Shown here: piece by piece, positions 35,775 through 45,441 of the stretch
How positions within the stretch are numbered: position 1 is the first letter of the stretch
Layout: each line of letters starts with the position of its first letter
Source: Anaerovoracaceae bacterium
GTDB taxonomy: Bacteria > Bacillota > Clostridia > Peptostreptococcales > Anaerovoracaceae
NCBI GenBank assembly: GCA_041859095.1
Contig: JBHEKY010000006.1
Span: 7,838 to 71,837, forward strand
DNA: 64,000 nt
Reading direction: 5' to 3'
Notes under the pieces: model-generated
What the model was told of the DNA's origin: nothing
The model's database searches: none
Seen by the model: the letters and a program-made list of their open reading frames with translations, nothing else
Program-made: the position numbers and the translations under genes

Positions 35775-36860
35775 TTACTTGTAGACCTTCTCCACATAGG
35801 AGCTGGTCATGGACTTCAGCATGGAACCGTATCCAACTTTAAAAGTCAGTACGTCTCCAACCTTGTATTTATGAGTAGCATCGGTCAAGTCCAACAGCAA
35901 ATGGTCAGAGCTTCCTCCAAGCACTCGAATTTGTAAATCCAGTGGCATCAAGCTATCCACATCGATATCTTGCTTTCCAATGGCCAGAATAGCTCGTTTC
36001 ATTATCCCACGGTCCTCATAAGTTGGCCGATGACCAAATGCATCCAAGCCGACTTCCCCAATGGGAAGAGATGGTTTTTGCTTCAATTCGATGATCTGCG
36101 CTTCCAGCAATAAAGCATCATCCGTTGTGCCGGGCAGTTTGGTGCCATATGCTGTGTCATTGCCCAGCAGAAAGGATTCGCCAAGCCGAAGGTTATTGAT
36201 TCGCTTCGGTAGTTCGCACTTGTCTATCAAGTAGATTGAGCTGGAATTGCCGCCGGAAATCATGTCCAGTTTGATACCCAGTTTTCCTTCAATCCGATCC
36301 GCCCAGTTGCACAGTTGGGAAAGGTTGTCTTCCTTGGGGATAATCGCGCCATAGCAAGTCAGGTTTACAGCCAATCCGTGGAGGGTGATGTTTTTCATGG
36401 CCAGGGTTTTTCGCACCGTAGAAAATATCTCGTCGGAGTTCTCGGTGAAGATGCCCTCTCTCAAATCGCCCAGGTCAATCATTAGAACCACCTTGTGGTT
36501 GATTCCCTGCTTACCGGCCTCTTCATCGAGTAGCTGTATCGTGGAAAGTTCAGAGTTGAAACTAATATCCACATATCGGATGATCTCTTTGATTTCGCAA
36601 GCCTGTGGCAGGCGAATTAACACGGTTTTCTTGCCGTTGGCCCTGGCATACTCAGCATAGGTCATGATGTTTTTCATCCTGGAATCGGCCAGGTAATCCA
36701 CTTTTGGGTGTTTTGCAACCATCTCGATAACGTTACGATCTGCGCAGACTCCTTTTGTGACAATCATCAGGGAACAGTTGCCTCGGTCTTTGGTGATGGC
36801 TGCAACGCCGTCCAGATTGTGCTTCAGTTTTTTGATGTCTATGGTCAATTTTGGATACAT
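35775..36860 (-). CDS. orr: Ornithine racemase (alanine-racemase-fold PLP enzyme)
   Basis: 361 aa with an alanine racemase N-terminal-domain pattern (IVTKGVC with the PLP lysine context). It is the last gene of the ornithine-degradation operon. Confidence 0.72.
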   Translation of the reverse strand: MYPKLTIDIKKLKHNLDGVAAITKDRGNCSLMIVTKGVCADRNVIEMVAKHPKVDYLADSRMKNIMTYAEYARANGKKTVLIRLPQACEIKEIIRYVDISFNSELSTIQLLDEEAGKQGINHKVVLMIDLGDLREGIFTENSDEIFSTVRKTLAMKNITLHGLAVNLTCYGAIIPKEDNLSQLCNWADRIEGKLGIKLDMISGGNSSSIYLIDKCELPKRINNLRLGESFLLGNDTAYGTKLPGTTDDALLLEAQIIELKQKPSLPIGEVGLDAFGHRPTYEDRGIMKRAILAIGKQDIDVDSLMPLDLQIRVLGGSSDHLLLDLTDATHKYKVGDVLTFKVGYGSMLKSMTSSYVEKVYK

Positions 36861-36870
36861 GGGTCTCTCC

Positions 36871-38271
36871 TTAGTCTTCTTCTTTTTTAGGTGGAAACGG
36901 GTGTTTTAGGCTTTGAGCCAGCAATTCGGCCGCGGCTTCCGGATATTTCCTGGAAAGGACTCCCAGGGAGGCCATGATGTAGTCGTTGTCCACAAGGATT
37001 TCTGCTGCCTGGCTGGGAAATAAAAGCATACCGGTATCGTTGTGCTTTGCAATCCGCTTGATGATTTCCACTCGATGGGGCAACCGAGTCAACGCACCAC
37101 CGGTTCCTACAATGAAGTTCACCTGGGTCAGGTCTTTGCCTTCAGCAAGAGTTTGCCTTCCGGAAGGGCCATAGATGTATCTGATGGTGCCCGCGTGCCG
37201 CTCTACGGCCTTTAAGGTCGCTTCTTTGGCTAATCGTTCTACCAATTTGATTTCGTCAGCATTCTTGGGAATCGCAGTATAACTCTCCAGGGTTTTATCT
37301 ACATCAATGTCGGCAAGGTCTTTTCGGAATTTCTCTTCGCCGATGGATTCGATGACTTTCATTCGGTTGACAAAAAGACCCAAGTCTCCTTCCACTGTCC
37401 GTTTGGCTTTAGGTTCGGGACTGATGAGAAGTTTGGCGATGGTTTCCGAATCGTCGGTCACAGAGTGGACATCCGTGGTAGCCCCTCCCACATCTAAAAC
37501 CATCAGATTTCCCAAATACTGATACATCAGCTTGGTGCATTCCATCACAGCACCGGGAGTAGGAATAATCGGCCCATTGACCATATCCCGCACATGCTCC
37601 ATGCCGGGAGCATGGATAATATGTTCTTCAAACGCTTCCTGAATCACCTTGCGGCAAGGCTCCACGTTAAGCTGATCGATCTTGGGATAGACGTTTTCTA
37701 CCACATAGAGTTTCGTGCCGGTATTTTCAAAAATTAGCCTGATTTCCTCTTGGTTTTCAATGTTACCGGCGTAGATCACCGGAATGTTCAGGTTCATGCT
37801 ACGGATCATCTCCGCATTGTCAAGGGCAGTGTCCCGCTCGCCGAAGTCAACCCCGCCTGCAATTAAAATCAGATTTGGCTTTACCTCTTCTATTTTTTTT
37901 AGGTCGGTCCGTCGTAATTTTCCTGCGGTGATGTAGTGGATGATTCCCCCGGCACCTAGCGCTGCTTCTTTGGCGGCACGGGCAGTCATGTCATAAACCA
38001 ATCCATGGACGGTCATCTTTAGGCCGCCTGCAGCCGAGGAGGTTGCCAGCATTTCATCATAGGTCAACTCCGAAATGCCCTTGTTTTTACATAAATCATC
38101 GATGGCTCCTTGCAGTCCCACGCGGACGTCTCCCTCCAAAACGGAAGTTGGCGCTTGGCCCTGACCCCAAAAGATAGGCTGGCCGGATGCAAGATTATGA
38201 AAGCCATTGACCACAGTGGTGGTGGATCCGATTTCGGCCACCAGAACATCAATATTCATCGTTTTCTCCAA
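36871..38271 (-). CDS. GlmL/MutL-family protein (putative B12 aminomutase accessory/reactivase)
   Basis: 466 aa. ASKHA-like motifs (LVAEIGSTTTVV, VLDVGGATTDVHS, VGTGGAL). It lies directly downstream of oraE. Confidence 0.7.
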   Translation of the reverse strand: MEKTMNIDVLVAEIGSTTTVVNGFHNLASGQPIFWGQGQAPTSVLEGDVRVGLQGAIDDLCKNKGISELTYDEMLATSSAAGGLKMTVHGLVYDMTARAAKEAALGAGGIIHYITAGKLRRTDLKKIEEVKPNLILIAGGVDFGERDTALDNAEMIRSMNLNIPVIYAGNIENQEEIRLIFENTGTKLYVVENVYPKIDQLNVEPCRKVIQEAFEEHIIHAPGMEHVRDMVNGPIIPTPGAVMECTKLMYQYLGNLMVLDVGGATTDVHSVTDDSETIAKLLISPEPKAKRTVEGDLGLFVNRMKVIESIGEEKFRKDLADIDVDKTLESYTAIPKNADEIKLVERLAKEATLKAVERHAGTIRYIYGPSGRQTLAEGKDLTQVNFIVGTGGALTRLPHRVEIIKRIAKHNDTGMLLFPSQAAEILVDNDYIMASLGVLSRKYPEAAAELLAQSLKHPFPPKKEED

Positions 38272-38281
38272 ACGGTTTTGT

Positions 38282-38312
38282 GAAAAGCAGGACGGGCTAC
38301 GCCCGCCCTGCT
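38282..38312 (-). terminator. Intra-operon GC-rich hairpin (partial terminator or processing site) between oraE and the glmL-like gene
   Basis: On the minus strand, AGCAGGGCGGGC-gta-GCCCGTCCTGCT (12-bp stem, one mismatch) is followed by TTTTCA. Confidence 0.4.
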
Positions 38313-38356
38313 GCTCAAAGTTTCAAGTAGTACTTATTTCGTGTCGCGCTACAAGC

Positions 38357-40570
38357 TTATTTTTTATCTGCGACTCTTCGTCGACGACGTTCCTCAACAA
38401 GGAAGGATGCCACGTCAATGCCGTGGGAGTTTCGGCCAAAGGCGGCGTCGATGCCGGTCTTCATGCCTTCTTCCGGTATGACCTGGGTCCCGCCTGCAGC
38501 GATGATAACGCTGTCACGGATGCCCTTTTCCACAGCCAATTCATGAATTCGTTTCATGTTCTTGTAGTGGATGTTGTCATGGGAAATAATGGTGGAAGCC
38601 AAGATAACTTCAGCCTTCAGTTCCACTGCAGCATCAACCAGTTTTTCAACCGGAACGGAAGTGCCTAGATAATGAACTTCAATGCCGAACTTCTCAATGC
38701 CACCATGCTTGATGTCGATGATTTCCCGCAAACCTACAGAATGCTCATCCATTCCAACGGTTCCACAAACCAGACGTAGTGGATGTTCTTCAATGTCGGC
38801 TCTGATTTCGGCTTCCGTCAGATACGTGGGTTCCGGTGGAATCACCAGGCTGGCCACGTCGATGTCAAAGGTGACTTTACCCTTTAACTCGATTCGGGTG
38901 CCTTCGGCTTCCTGAAGGACTTCTCTGGAAATGACAGAGGGCTCTGCCAAGCCCATTTTTTTGGCTACTTCAACGGCAACCGCTTCCGCCGTCCGTTTGT
39001 TGGTGGGAATCATCATGGTCATCATAACGATGCCGTCGCCCTGCCATTCCATCTCTGGAATCATCATGTCGGTATGTCGATAACGCTCGGTTTCGGCCAT
39101 TCTGATGTTCACGTTGTCGGTATCATCCAACTCGTCGATGTAGACAATCTTGCTTCTGTCTTCGAAGGTACATCCTCCGATCAGCGCGGAAGGGTCTTCC
39201 GGGTTGCCGCCGTACTGGGCAACATTGTTGTATCCAAAGTGAGCCGTGACCGGTGCCATATAATCTTCGTCCCGTTCAAAGACAAATCCGTAACCGATTC
39301 CGCCGTCGATTTTACGGGCGATACCATCTCCGTGACGTTCAGGATATTCTGCGGAATCCACAAAGAATCCTTCTTCTACGGCTTTGAAATAACCGCCGAC
39401 TTCCAGAACTTCTTCCATGAACAGGCAAGCCTTTTCTTTAATCTCACGGGCTTTCTCGCGAAGGGGTCCATCTTTTTTCAACTCGACCATATCCATCAAG
39501 CCATCTAAACCAATTAAGGTCTGTTTTGCAGTATCGCAAGCTTCTACATTATAGATGTGCCAGGGCACATTACGACCTTCGTCAGGGGTGATGGTGGATT
39601 GAATGTCAGCGCTAGTCAGCTTAGAAACCAACATATTCAGTACGTGCGTTACCGTGGCTTCCCGGGCTGATGAATCGATATATTTGGTGTTCATCTGGGC
39701 TCTCATCCGATACTTGTCACAGAATTCCCGGAGGGCCACCGCATAAGGCAGATCCATAAACACGCAAGGTGCCGGAGTGGCTGTGGGTGGAACAGTAGAA
39801 AGACAGATGTTCTTGGGGTCAATGCCGGCCATCTCGGAAAATTTGGAGTTGATGGCATGCTGAACAATCAGTTCGGGCATGACTTTCCAGGCTTCCCGTG
39901 CGGTAGCATTGGCGTTATGAGCGCCATCAATCTGGGCAATGTCGGCCCACGCCAGTATTTTTTTGGATTCGCAAGCATCGACAAAAGATCGGACACAGTT
40001 GATGTTTCTGTAAAGAACATTGTACTGTGGATCCTGATGAGCGCCATTGACGCCTTCCTCTGCAAACATCACTGCGATATCCGGTCCGGCTACACCCGAG
40101 ACATAGGAATGGTAGTTGATAGGGCGGCCCACTTCATCTTCAATGGCGTCCAGGGCTTTTCTTTGTGCCCGGACTTGCTTTCTGGAAATGGGTACACCGC
40201 CAATACCTTGAGGTGTTCCTTCCACCAGGCTGTCCATGTGGGACTGACCGGCGGTCCGAATAACCATGATATGGTCTGCGCCGTGCCATGCGGCCATTCT
40301 CATACGACGGATATCATCCTCAAAACGTCCCGAAGCGATTTCGGTTGTAATTACTGGGGCGGGCTGAGGATCGATGTTGTCAAAATACTTCGCCGGCGGC
40401 AGAGGCACGCCGTTGGTCAAAGGTTCTGTGGCATCCCTGTATTCAAAGGGACCCATTTTAAGACCCGGAGCCGGCTTACGCCAGGTCCAGCCTGTTCTTC
40501 TGGGCTTATATTTGTCCAGGTCCTGGAGGATTTGTTCGATATCCAGTTTCTCGTTATGGTCTAACTTCAT
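38357..40570 (-). CDS. oraE: D-ornithine 4,5-aminomutase large subunit (B12- and PLP-dependent)
   Basis: 737 aa, the size and architecture of OraE (TIM-barrel PLP domain plus a C-terminal Rossmann B12-binding domain with a DxHxxG-like segment, GMDEHSVG). It is adjacent to the small OraS subunit. Confidence 0.88.
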   Translation of the reverse strand: MKLDHNEKLDIEQILQDLDKYKPRRTGWTWRKPAPGLKMGPFEYRDATEPLTNGVPLPPAKYFDNIDPQPAPVITTEIASGRFEDDIRRMRMAAWHGADHIMVIRTAGQSHMDSLVEGTPQGIGGVPISRKQVRAQRKALDAIEDEVGRPINYHSYVSGVAGPDIAVMFAEEGVNGAHQDPQYNVLYRNINCVRSFVDACESKKILAWADIAQIDGAHNANATAREAWKVMPELIVQHAINSKFSEMAGIDPKNICLSTVPPTATPAPCVFMDLPYAVALREFCDKYRMRAQMNTKYIDSSAREATVTHVLNMLVSKLTSADIQSTITPDEGRNVPWHIYNVEACDTAKQTLIGLDGLMDMVELKKDGPLREKAREIKEKACLFMEEVLEVGGYFKAVEEGFFVDSAEYPERHGDGIARKIDGGIGYGFVFERDEDYMAPVTAHFGYNNVAQYGGNPEDPSALIGGCTFEDRSKIVYIDELDDTDNVNIRMAETERYRHTDMMIPEMEWQGDGIVMMTMMIPTNKRTAEAVAVEVAKKMGLAEPSVISREVLQEAEGTRIELKGKVTFDIDVASLVIPPEPTYLTEAEIRADIEEHPLRLVCGTVGMDEHSVGLREIIDIKHGGIEKFGIEVHYLGTSVPVEKLVDAAVELKAEVILASTIISHDNIHYKNMKRIHELAVEKGIRDSVIIAAGGTQVIPEEGMKTGIDAAFGRNSHGIDVASFLVEERRRRRVADKK

Positions 40571-40582
40571 GCTGTCCTCCTT

Positions 40583-40936
40583 CTACCGAAACTGGGCGAC
40601 AGCTTCATCCCAAGCGTCTCCCTTTGCGAGCATCTCACCGGCTTCTTTGATGGAAATGCTTTTGGCCTTGGCCAGTTTGTAAACCACGTTGCCTGCACCT
40701 TTGCCCATCAGACCGCGGTCCATACAACCTTCTACGATGGGTTTGGTATCCAGAGAGGATATGCCCATGCGCAGCAATACCGAACGCTCTACCGATGGGG
40801 TGGTGTTTTTTCTCCCCAGTTCCAGCATGGGAGAAACCACTTGAGTGGTCAATTCCCAGAACCGGTCATACAGCTCTTTATCGGAGAGTCCTGCAATATG
40901 TTTTCTGCGTTCTGCAAAATCGTCTTGTCTTTTCAT
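40583..40936 (-). CDS. oraS: D-ornithine 4,5-aminomutase small subunit
   Basis: 117 aa, in the position and of the size of OraS. ATGA overlap with ortB. The stop is TAG. Confidence 0.82.
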   Translation of the reverse strand: MKRQDDFAERRKHIAGLSDKELYDRFWELTTQVVSPMLELGRKNTTPSVERSVLLRMGISSLDTKPIVEGCMDRGLMGKGAGNVVYKLAKAKSISIKEAGEMLAKGDAWDEAVAQFR

Positions 40937-42357
40937 TTGCTACCTCCTTCATTTTGAATGATTCCAATGATTTCTCTGACCCAAGTCGTGTCCTTCATGG
41001 TCTCGTCGGCCAGGAAACGGATATCCTCTTCCGTAGGGTCATCCACGTTGTAGGTTTTAAGCGCTGTCCTAACTAAAGATTTTCTCATGTTATCCAGGTC
41101 GATATCCGTTGCCTTGAGCAGGCTGGGGTGACTTGGGAAAATAATATTTTTGCCTGGCACTTCGTCCTTTGGGTCTCCAAAATGGATGTCAATGCCGTTG
41201 CTTCTTGCAAAAGATAGTTGTGGTTGGATGTGTTTGCCCGCTCCGGTATATTCGGTTTCCTGAACGACAATCAATTGATCCTGATTCATTTCCTGAGACA
41301 ACGCAAATGCTGCTGCCAGGGAAGTGTTGCCAGCGGGACCCTTTTCAAGGCCCTCCAGGGTGGCTAGGCATTCCGTCATGTAAAACACATCTCCTTGGGT
41401 AACCGTCACATAACGTTGCATGTAGCGGAGAGGTCTTGCTGCCGACCTTGGTACATCGGAACGGTCCGGCCAGTTGGAAAACGGCACACCGAATCCGGTA
41501 TGGCCTGTGGTAAAGGACTTCTTGTTGAAATCGCCGTCTGATGCCATATGGAGTCCCGAAAGATCCACAGAAGCACCCACCACCAGAGATGTCGCACCGG
41601 CTTTTCGAAGACCCCGGGCTGTTCCTGTGATATTCCCTCCACCCGCTTGGGTGCAAACCACCACGTCCGGATCTTTGCCAAACCTTTCCCGGAACTGCAT
41701 GGAGATTTCATATCCCAACGTTTCCACACCGGCAATTCCAAATGGAGTGTATAGCGAGGCATTGAAGTAGCCGGTTTCTTCCAGCAGCAGGAGGAACTTG
41801 AAAAACAGCTCCGGTCCGACAGAAAGTTGTACCACTTCTGCTCCAAGGGCTTCACATTTTCGTGCTTTCTCGACGATTTCGGGCTGACCGATGCCTTTGG
41901 AGTCATAGCATTCCTGAACAATGATACATTTCAGCCCTGCCATGGCTGCCTGAGATGCCACGGCTGCGCCGTAGTTCCCGCTTGTGGCTGAGATTACACC
42001 TTTGTATCCCAATCTCTTGGCATGATATACCGCATTGGCGGCTCGTCTTGCTTTAAAGCTTCCCGATGGGTTTGATGCCTCGTCCTTGATGAAAATTCTG
42101 GCACCTTTGCCTTGCGGGGCACACGCTCTGGCCAAAGCGGTCAGGTTATGCAGCTCCATAATTGGGGTATTGCCCACATTGACGCCATATTGGATGTTTT
42201 GCATTTCTTCCAAAGTGTAACCTGTTTCCCGCATCATCTTTTCATAATCGAATGCGATGGAGCCGGATTCGAATTTGGAGTAGTCGATGCCCACGGACTT
42301 CAGCATGATTTCCGGTTTCCGTGCCATGACGGATGCATAATCGTTGGCTTTAGTCAT
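40933..42357 (-). CDS. ortB: 2-amino-4-ketopentanoate thiolase beta subunit (PLP, tryptophan-synthase-beta fold)
   Basis: 474 aa. PLP-lysine region NPSGSFKARRA and glycine loop (GGGN) of fold-type II enzymes. Operon context with ortA, ord and oraSE. Confidence 0.85.
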   Translation of the reverse strand: MTKANDYASVMARKPEIMLKSVGIDYSKFESGSIAFDYEKMMRETGYTLEEMQNIQYGVNVGNTPIMELHNLTALARACAPQGKGARIFIKDEASNPSGSFKARRAANAVYHAKRLGYKGVISATSGNYGAAVASQAAMAGLKCIIVQECYDSKGIGQPEIVEKARKCEALGAEVVQLSVGPELFFKFLLLLEETGYFNASLYTPFGIAGVETLGYEISMQFRERFGKDPDVVVCTQAGGGNITGTARGLRKAGATSLVVGASVDLSGLHMASDGDFNKKSFTTGHTGFGVPFSNWPDRSDVPRSAARPLRYMQRYVTVTQGDVFYMTECLATLEGLEKGPAGNTSLAAAFALSQEMNQDQLIVVQETEYTGAGKHIQPQLSFARSNGIDIHFGDPKDEVPGKNIIFPSHPSLLKATDIDLDNMRKSLVRTALKTYNVDDPTEEDIRFLADETMKDTTWVREIIGIIQNEGGSK

Positions 42358-42656
42358 TATTTTTCACCTCCGAATACGATTCCGCGGACCTGCTTATCAA
42401 TGGCCAACAATTCCGGAATAAATTTCCCGTAGTCATGGTCGTAATAAGGATTTACTTCAATCAGCGTGCCGGCTTCCCGGCGTCCTGTGACGGTTTCAAC
42501 TTCAACTTCATCACCGAATTCTGCATCGGCTTGAAGGAATCCTTTGTCCCACATCTCAAGAGCCACAGCCTTGGTGTCATCCGGAACCTGAGGGGCCCGT
42601 TCAGACGGCTGCAGGATGATCTTGTGGATCCGGACCCATTCGCCTTTCTTAATCAT
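42357..42656 (-). CDS. ortA: 2-amino-4-ketopentanoate thiolase alpha subunit
   Basis: 99 aa small subunit immediately upstream of ortB (TAATG overlap). Confidence 0.8.
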   Translation of the reverse strand: MIKKGEWVRIHKIILQPSERAPQVPDDTKAVALEMWDKGFLQADAEFGDEVEVETVTGRREAGTLIEVNPYYDHDYGKFIPELLAIDKQVRGIVFGGEK

Positions 42657-42682
42657 TTTGTATCTCCTTGGTTTTCGGGAAG

Positions 42683-43741
42683 TTATTTTACGATCTTTGC
42701 TTCAGGGCTGATCTGGTCACGCATGTCGCCCATGATAGCACGGGGAACCGGTAGGTCCAGCATGGTGTGGAGACCTGGTCTTGCATTGATGACGTGAGGA
42801 ATCATATTGACGCACATTGCGATGGTGCCAATTCCGCCTGGGATTTCCGGTGTGTTCAGCATGTTCACGTTTGGGGTTCCCTTGATGATGACATAGTCAC
42901 CGGTTACCACGCCAACCTGCTCCGGTTCAATCTGCTGGGGATGCTCCATCTTGATTTTGACTTCTCCATCCACGTAGCATTCCGCTTCCATGGCGCAACC
43001 TGCAACATTGCCTGCTTTTGCAAAACCATACGGAGATTTACGGTCCACATCCGTCATGATGGGATTCATGCTTTGAACGACTTTTTCGACCTTCCAACCG
43101 ATGGCGTCTGCAATCATGTTGGAGGATTCGTGGAATCCAACGTGTCCAGACAATTTGCCTGTCTTCACGCCGTCAATAAATTCTTCTTTTGTGATGCCAA
43201 TGCCCTGTTCTTCCATAACGGCGGGGCCAAACGGAGACAGGCTGTTGACTCTTCTTGAAGTGATATGCTCAACTTCTTCGCAGCAACCGGTCCAAAGAAC
43301 AACCAAAAGGTCCATAATCAGACCCGGGTTGATGCCAGTTCCCAAAATAGAAACGCCGTTGGCTTTTGCGATTTCATCCAATTGCTTGGCTAATTCTGGC
43401 TCTTGAGCCATGGGATATGCCATTTCTTCTGCGGAAGAAACAACGTTGATTTTTTGATCCAAGACAAACTTCAGACGGTCAAATGCTTTTTTGGTAAAAG
43501 AATCGGTGCAGCACAAAACTACATCAGCTGCGCCGGGTTTGATTACATCTTCGGGGGTGCCGACAATCACATCTTTGCGATCGCCACGGTCGGTATCAAT
43601 AAAGTCAAACATGGATTTGCCTACTTTGCTGCCTCTGCCAACAGCTCCAACGATGTCAACGCCTTTTTTCTTTAACAGCATGTCCGCCATGCCGCCGCCC
43701 ATTGCGCCTAAACCCCAGATAATAACTTTTACATTTTCCAT
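42683..43741 (-). CDS. ord: 2,4-diaminopentanoate dehydrogenase
   Basis: 352 aa. N-terminal NAD(P) Rossmann motif VIIWGLGAMGGGMA. DapB-like fold. It is the first gene of the ornithine operon. Confidence 0.85.
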   Translation of the reverse strand: MENVKVIIWGLGAMGGGMADMLLKKKGVDIVGAVGRGSKVGKSMFDFIDTDRGDRKDVIVGTPEDVIKPGAADVVLCCTDSFTKKAFDRLKFVLDQKINVVSSAEEMAYPMAQEPELAKQLDEIAKANGVSILGTGINPGLIMDLLVVLWTGCCEEVEHITSRRVNSLSPFGPAVMEEQGIGITKEEFIDGVKTGKLSGHVGFHESSNMIADAIGWKVEKVVQSMNPIMTDVDRKSPYGFAKAGNVAGCAMEAECYVDGEVKIKMEHPQQIEPEQVGVVTGDYVIIKGTPNVNMLNTPEIPGGIGTIAMCVNMIPHVINARPGLHTMLDLPVPRAIMGDMRDQISPEAKIVK

Positions 43742-43809
43742 TTTTTATTTCTCCTTTTCGTGGTTCCTTCGCGGTTGCGATAGTTATACTATTAGTACTT
43801 TTATATAGA

Positions 43810-43824
43810 GCAAGAGTTGTGCCA
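43810..43824 (-). promoter_or_regulatory. Sigma-54 (-24/-12) promoter of the ornithine operon
   Basis: The minus strand reads TGGCACAACTCTTGC(T), i.e. TGGCAC-N5-TTGC, about 70 nt upstream of the ord ATG at 43741. Confidence 0.75.
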
Positions 43825-43872
43825 ATCCCGTGTTCCCTTTTTGAATATCTCTTTCATTCCTAGAAAGAAATC

Positions 43873-43895
43873 AAAAAAGCCCCGTTTTTAGGGCT
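43873..43895 (-). terminator. Terminator candidate of the activator gene
   Basis: On the minus strand, AGCCC-taaaaacg-GGGCT is followed by TTTTTTG. Confidence 0.4.
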
Positions 43896-43974
43896 TTCGC
43901 AATGTTGTTTTTACTTGTGCCTATCTAGTTGTTCAATCGTGAAATCATCCTTTTTCTGATTCCAAAAGATTACA

Positions 43975-44011
43975 TGCAAATTTATTTGCTATTTATGCAA
44001 AATTATTTGCA
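43975..44011. promoter_or_regulatory. Tandem palindromes TGCAAA-N4-TTTGC(A/T): candidate upstream activator sites
   Basis: TGCAAATTTATTTGCT (43975-43990) and TGCAAAATTATTTGCA (43996-44011). Their centres are 21 bp apart, about 150-200 bp upstream of the sigma-54 promoter. The second site overlaps the activator stop codon. Confidence 0.5.
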
Positions 44012-45394
44012 CTTGAATCGTTTGAGCTTGTGTTGCAAGGTCTGACGCTTGAGTCCCAGACTGGCTGCCGCCTTTGAAATGTTTCCGTTATGCTGCTCCA
44101 TAGCCCGTTCAACCGCGTCTTTTTCTATTCTAGCCAAAAATATGTCGATGGTTTGCCCCGAAGCGTCCTCGAAGTCATTTTCATTTCTGGTAATGGTTCG
44201 TTGATTCAGATGAATGTGGTCCGCATTAAGCACGTCGTTCTCGTCTGCAAGAGAGACTGCAGACATGATAACATTTTCCAGCTCCCGGACATTGCCCGGA
44301 TAGTCGTAAGCCATTAGCTTTTCGAGTGCGACCGTTGAAATTCCGGCGATGCGCCGGTCAAAACGACGACATTGTTTTTCTAGAAGTCGCTCCGTTAACA
44401 AGGGGATATCATCTTTTCGCTTGCGTAATGGAATCAGGTTCAGGTTGACAATGCTCAGCCTGTAATACAAGTCTTTTCGCAACGCGCCTCTGGCAATGAG
44501 TTGTTCTGGCGCTTCGTTAACTGTGGCAATAATTCGGACATCCACCGGTACATCTTTTGTGCCACCAATCCGCCTGATGTAATCTTCCTGCAAAACCCGC
44601 AAAAGTTTGCTCTGGAGTTCATAAGGCATGGCGCTGATTTCATCTAATAGTAGCGTTCCTCCGTTGGCTTGTTCAAACAGACCCGCACGGTCTACCGCGC
44701 CGGTGAAACCGCCTTTGGCCGTACCGAACAAAATGCTTTCCAGTAAGCTTTCTGGAAGTGCGGCACAGTTTTGGGCAAGGAAGGGGCCGTTTTTTCGATT
44801 TCCATCATAATGGATACTTTGTGCAATCAGCTCTTTTCCTGTTCCTGTTTCACCATAAATAAATACCGAGGCTTTCGTTTTGGCCGCTTTCTTGGCTACA
44901 TGTATGAGATCCCGAAACTCTTTGTTTTCGCCTATGATATCGGCGAAATTATAGTGTCGGATTCGGGGATGCTCTAGTTTTGAGGGTTTGATGGACTCTT
45001 CCTGGAGTTCTAGTAACGTATCTGACATGTTCTTAAAATGGGTGATGTCCTTGGCAATTTCTACCGCCGCAATGACCCTGCCATCTACTTCAATGGGTAA
45101 GGTAGTATTGACTGTGGTTATTTCTTTGCCGTATTTGTTCAGATACGTCTGCTGGCTATTGTGGGTGGATTTGTTTTCCATCAATGCCCGATGCAAAGTG
45201 CTTTCCGTTTCGGGAATCTGAGAGAAGGCTTCACTGAATTTTTTGCCTAGCACTTCATCCCGTGCCGTATCTTCCATTTTAGCCATCGCGCTGTTATAAA
45301 ACAGAGTTCGTCCGTCCCGTCCCACGACTTGTACCCCTTCATCGATCACTTCGATGATGGATGTAAGCATTGATTTATAATCTTGTTGGTTCAT
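44003..45394 (-). CDS. Sigma-54-dependent transcriptional activator (PAS + AAA+ + HTH)
   Basis: GETGTGKELIAQSIH Walker A, the GAFTGA-type loop (AKGGFTGA), an ESLLESILFG-type segment, and a C-terminal Fis HTH (NISKAAASLGLKRQTLQHKLKRF). Confidence 0.88.
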   Translation of the reverse strand: MNQQDYKSMLTSIIEVIDEGVQVVGRDGRTLFYNSAMAKMEDTARDEVLGKKFSEAFSQIPETESTLHRALMENKSTHNSQQTYLNKYGKEITTVNTTLPIEVDGRVIAAVEIAKDITHFKNMSDTLLELQEESIKPSKLEHPRIRHYNFADIIGENKEFRDLIHVAKKAAKTKASVFIYGETGTGKELIAQSIHYDGNRKNGPFLAQNCAALPESLLESILFGTAKGGFTGAVDRAGLFEQANGGTLLLDEISAMPYELQSKLLRVLQEDYIRRIGGTKDVPVDVRIIATVNEAPEQLIARGALRKDLYYRLSIVNLNLIPLRKRKDDIPLLTERLLEKQCRRFDRRIAGISTVALEKLMAYDYPGNVRELENVIMSAVSLADENDVLNADHIHLNQRTITRNENDFEDASGQTIDIFLARIEKDAVERAMEQHNGNISKAAASLGLKRQTLQHKLKRFKCK

Positions 45395-45441
45395 GGCGGT
45401 TCTCCTTCAGCTTTGTGCTTTCTTGTTCTATCTTAACACAT

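Noticed and set aside
40568-40585. oraS ends at TAG, followed by AAG GAG GAC AGC and then, in frame, the oraE ATG. This could be a read-through OraS-OraE fusion.
   Set aside because: The spacer is the SD (AAGGAGG). A fusion of two subunits of the same enzyme might be tolerated, but nothing in the sequence requires it, and the frame match is at chance level.
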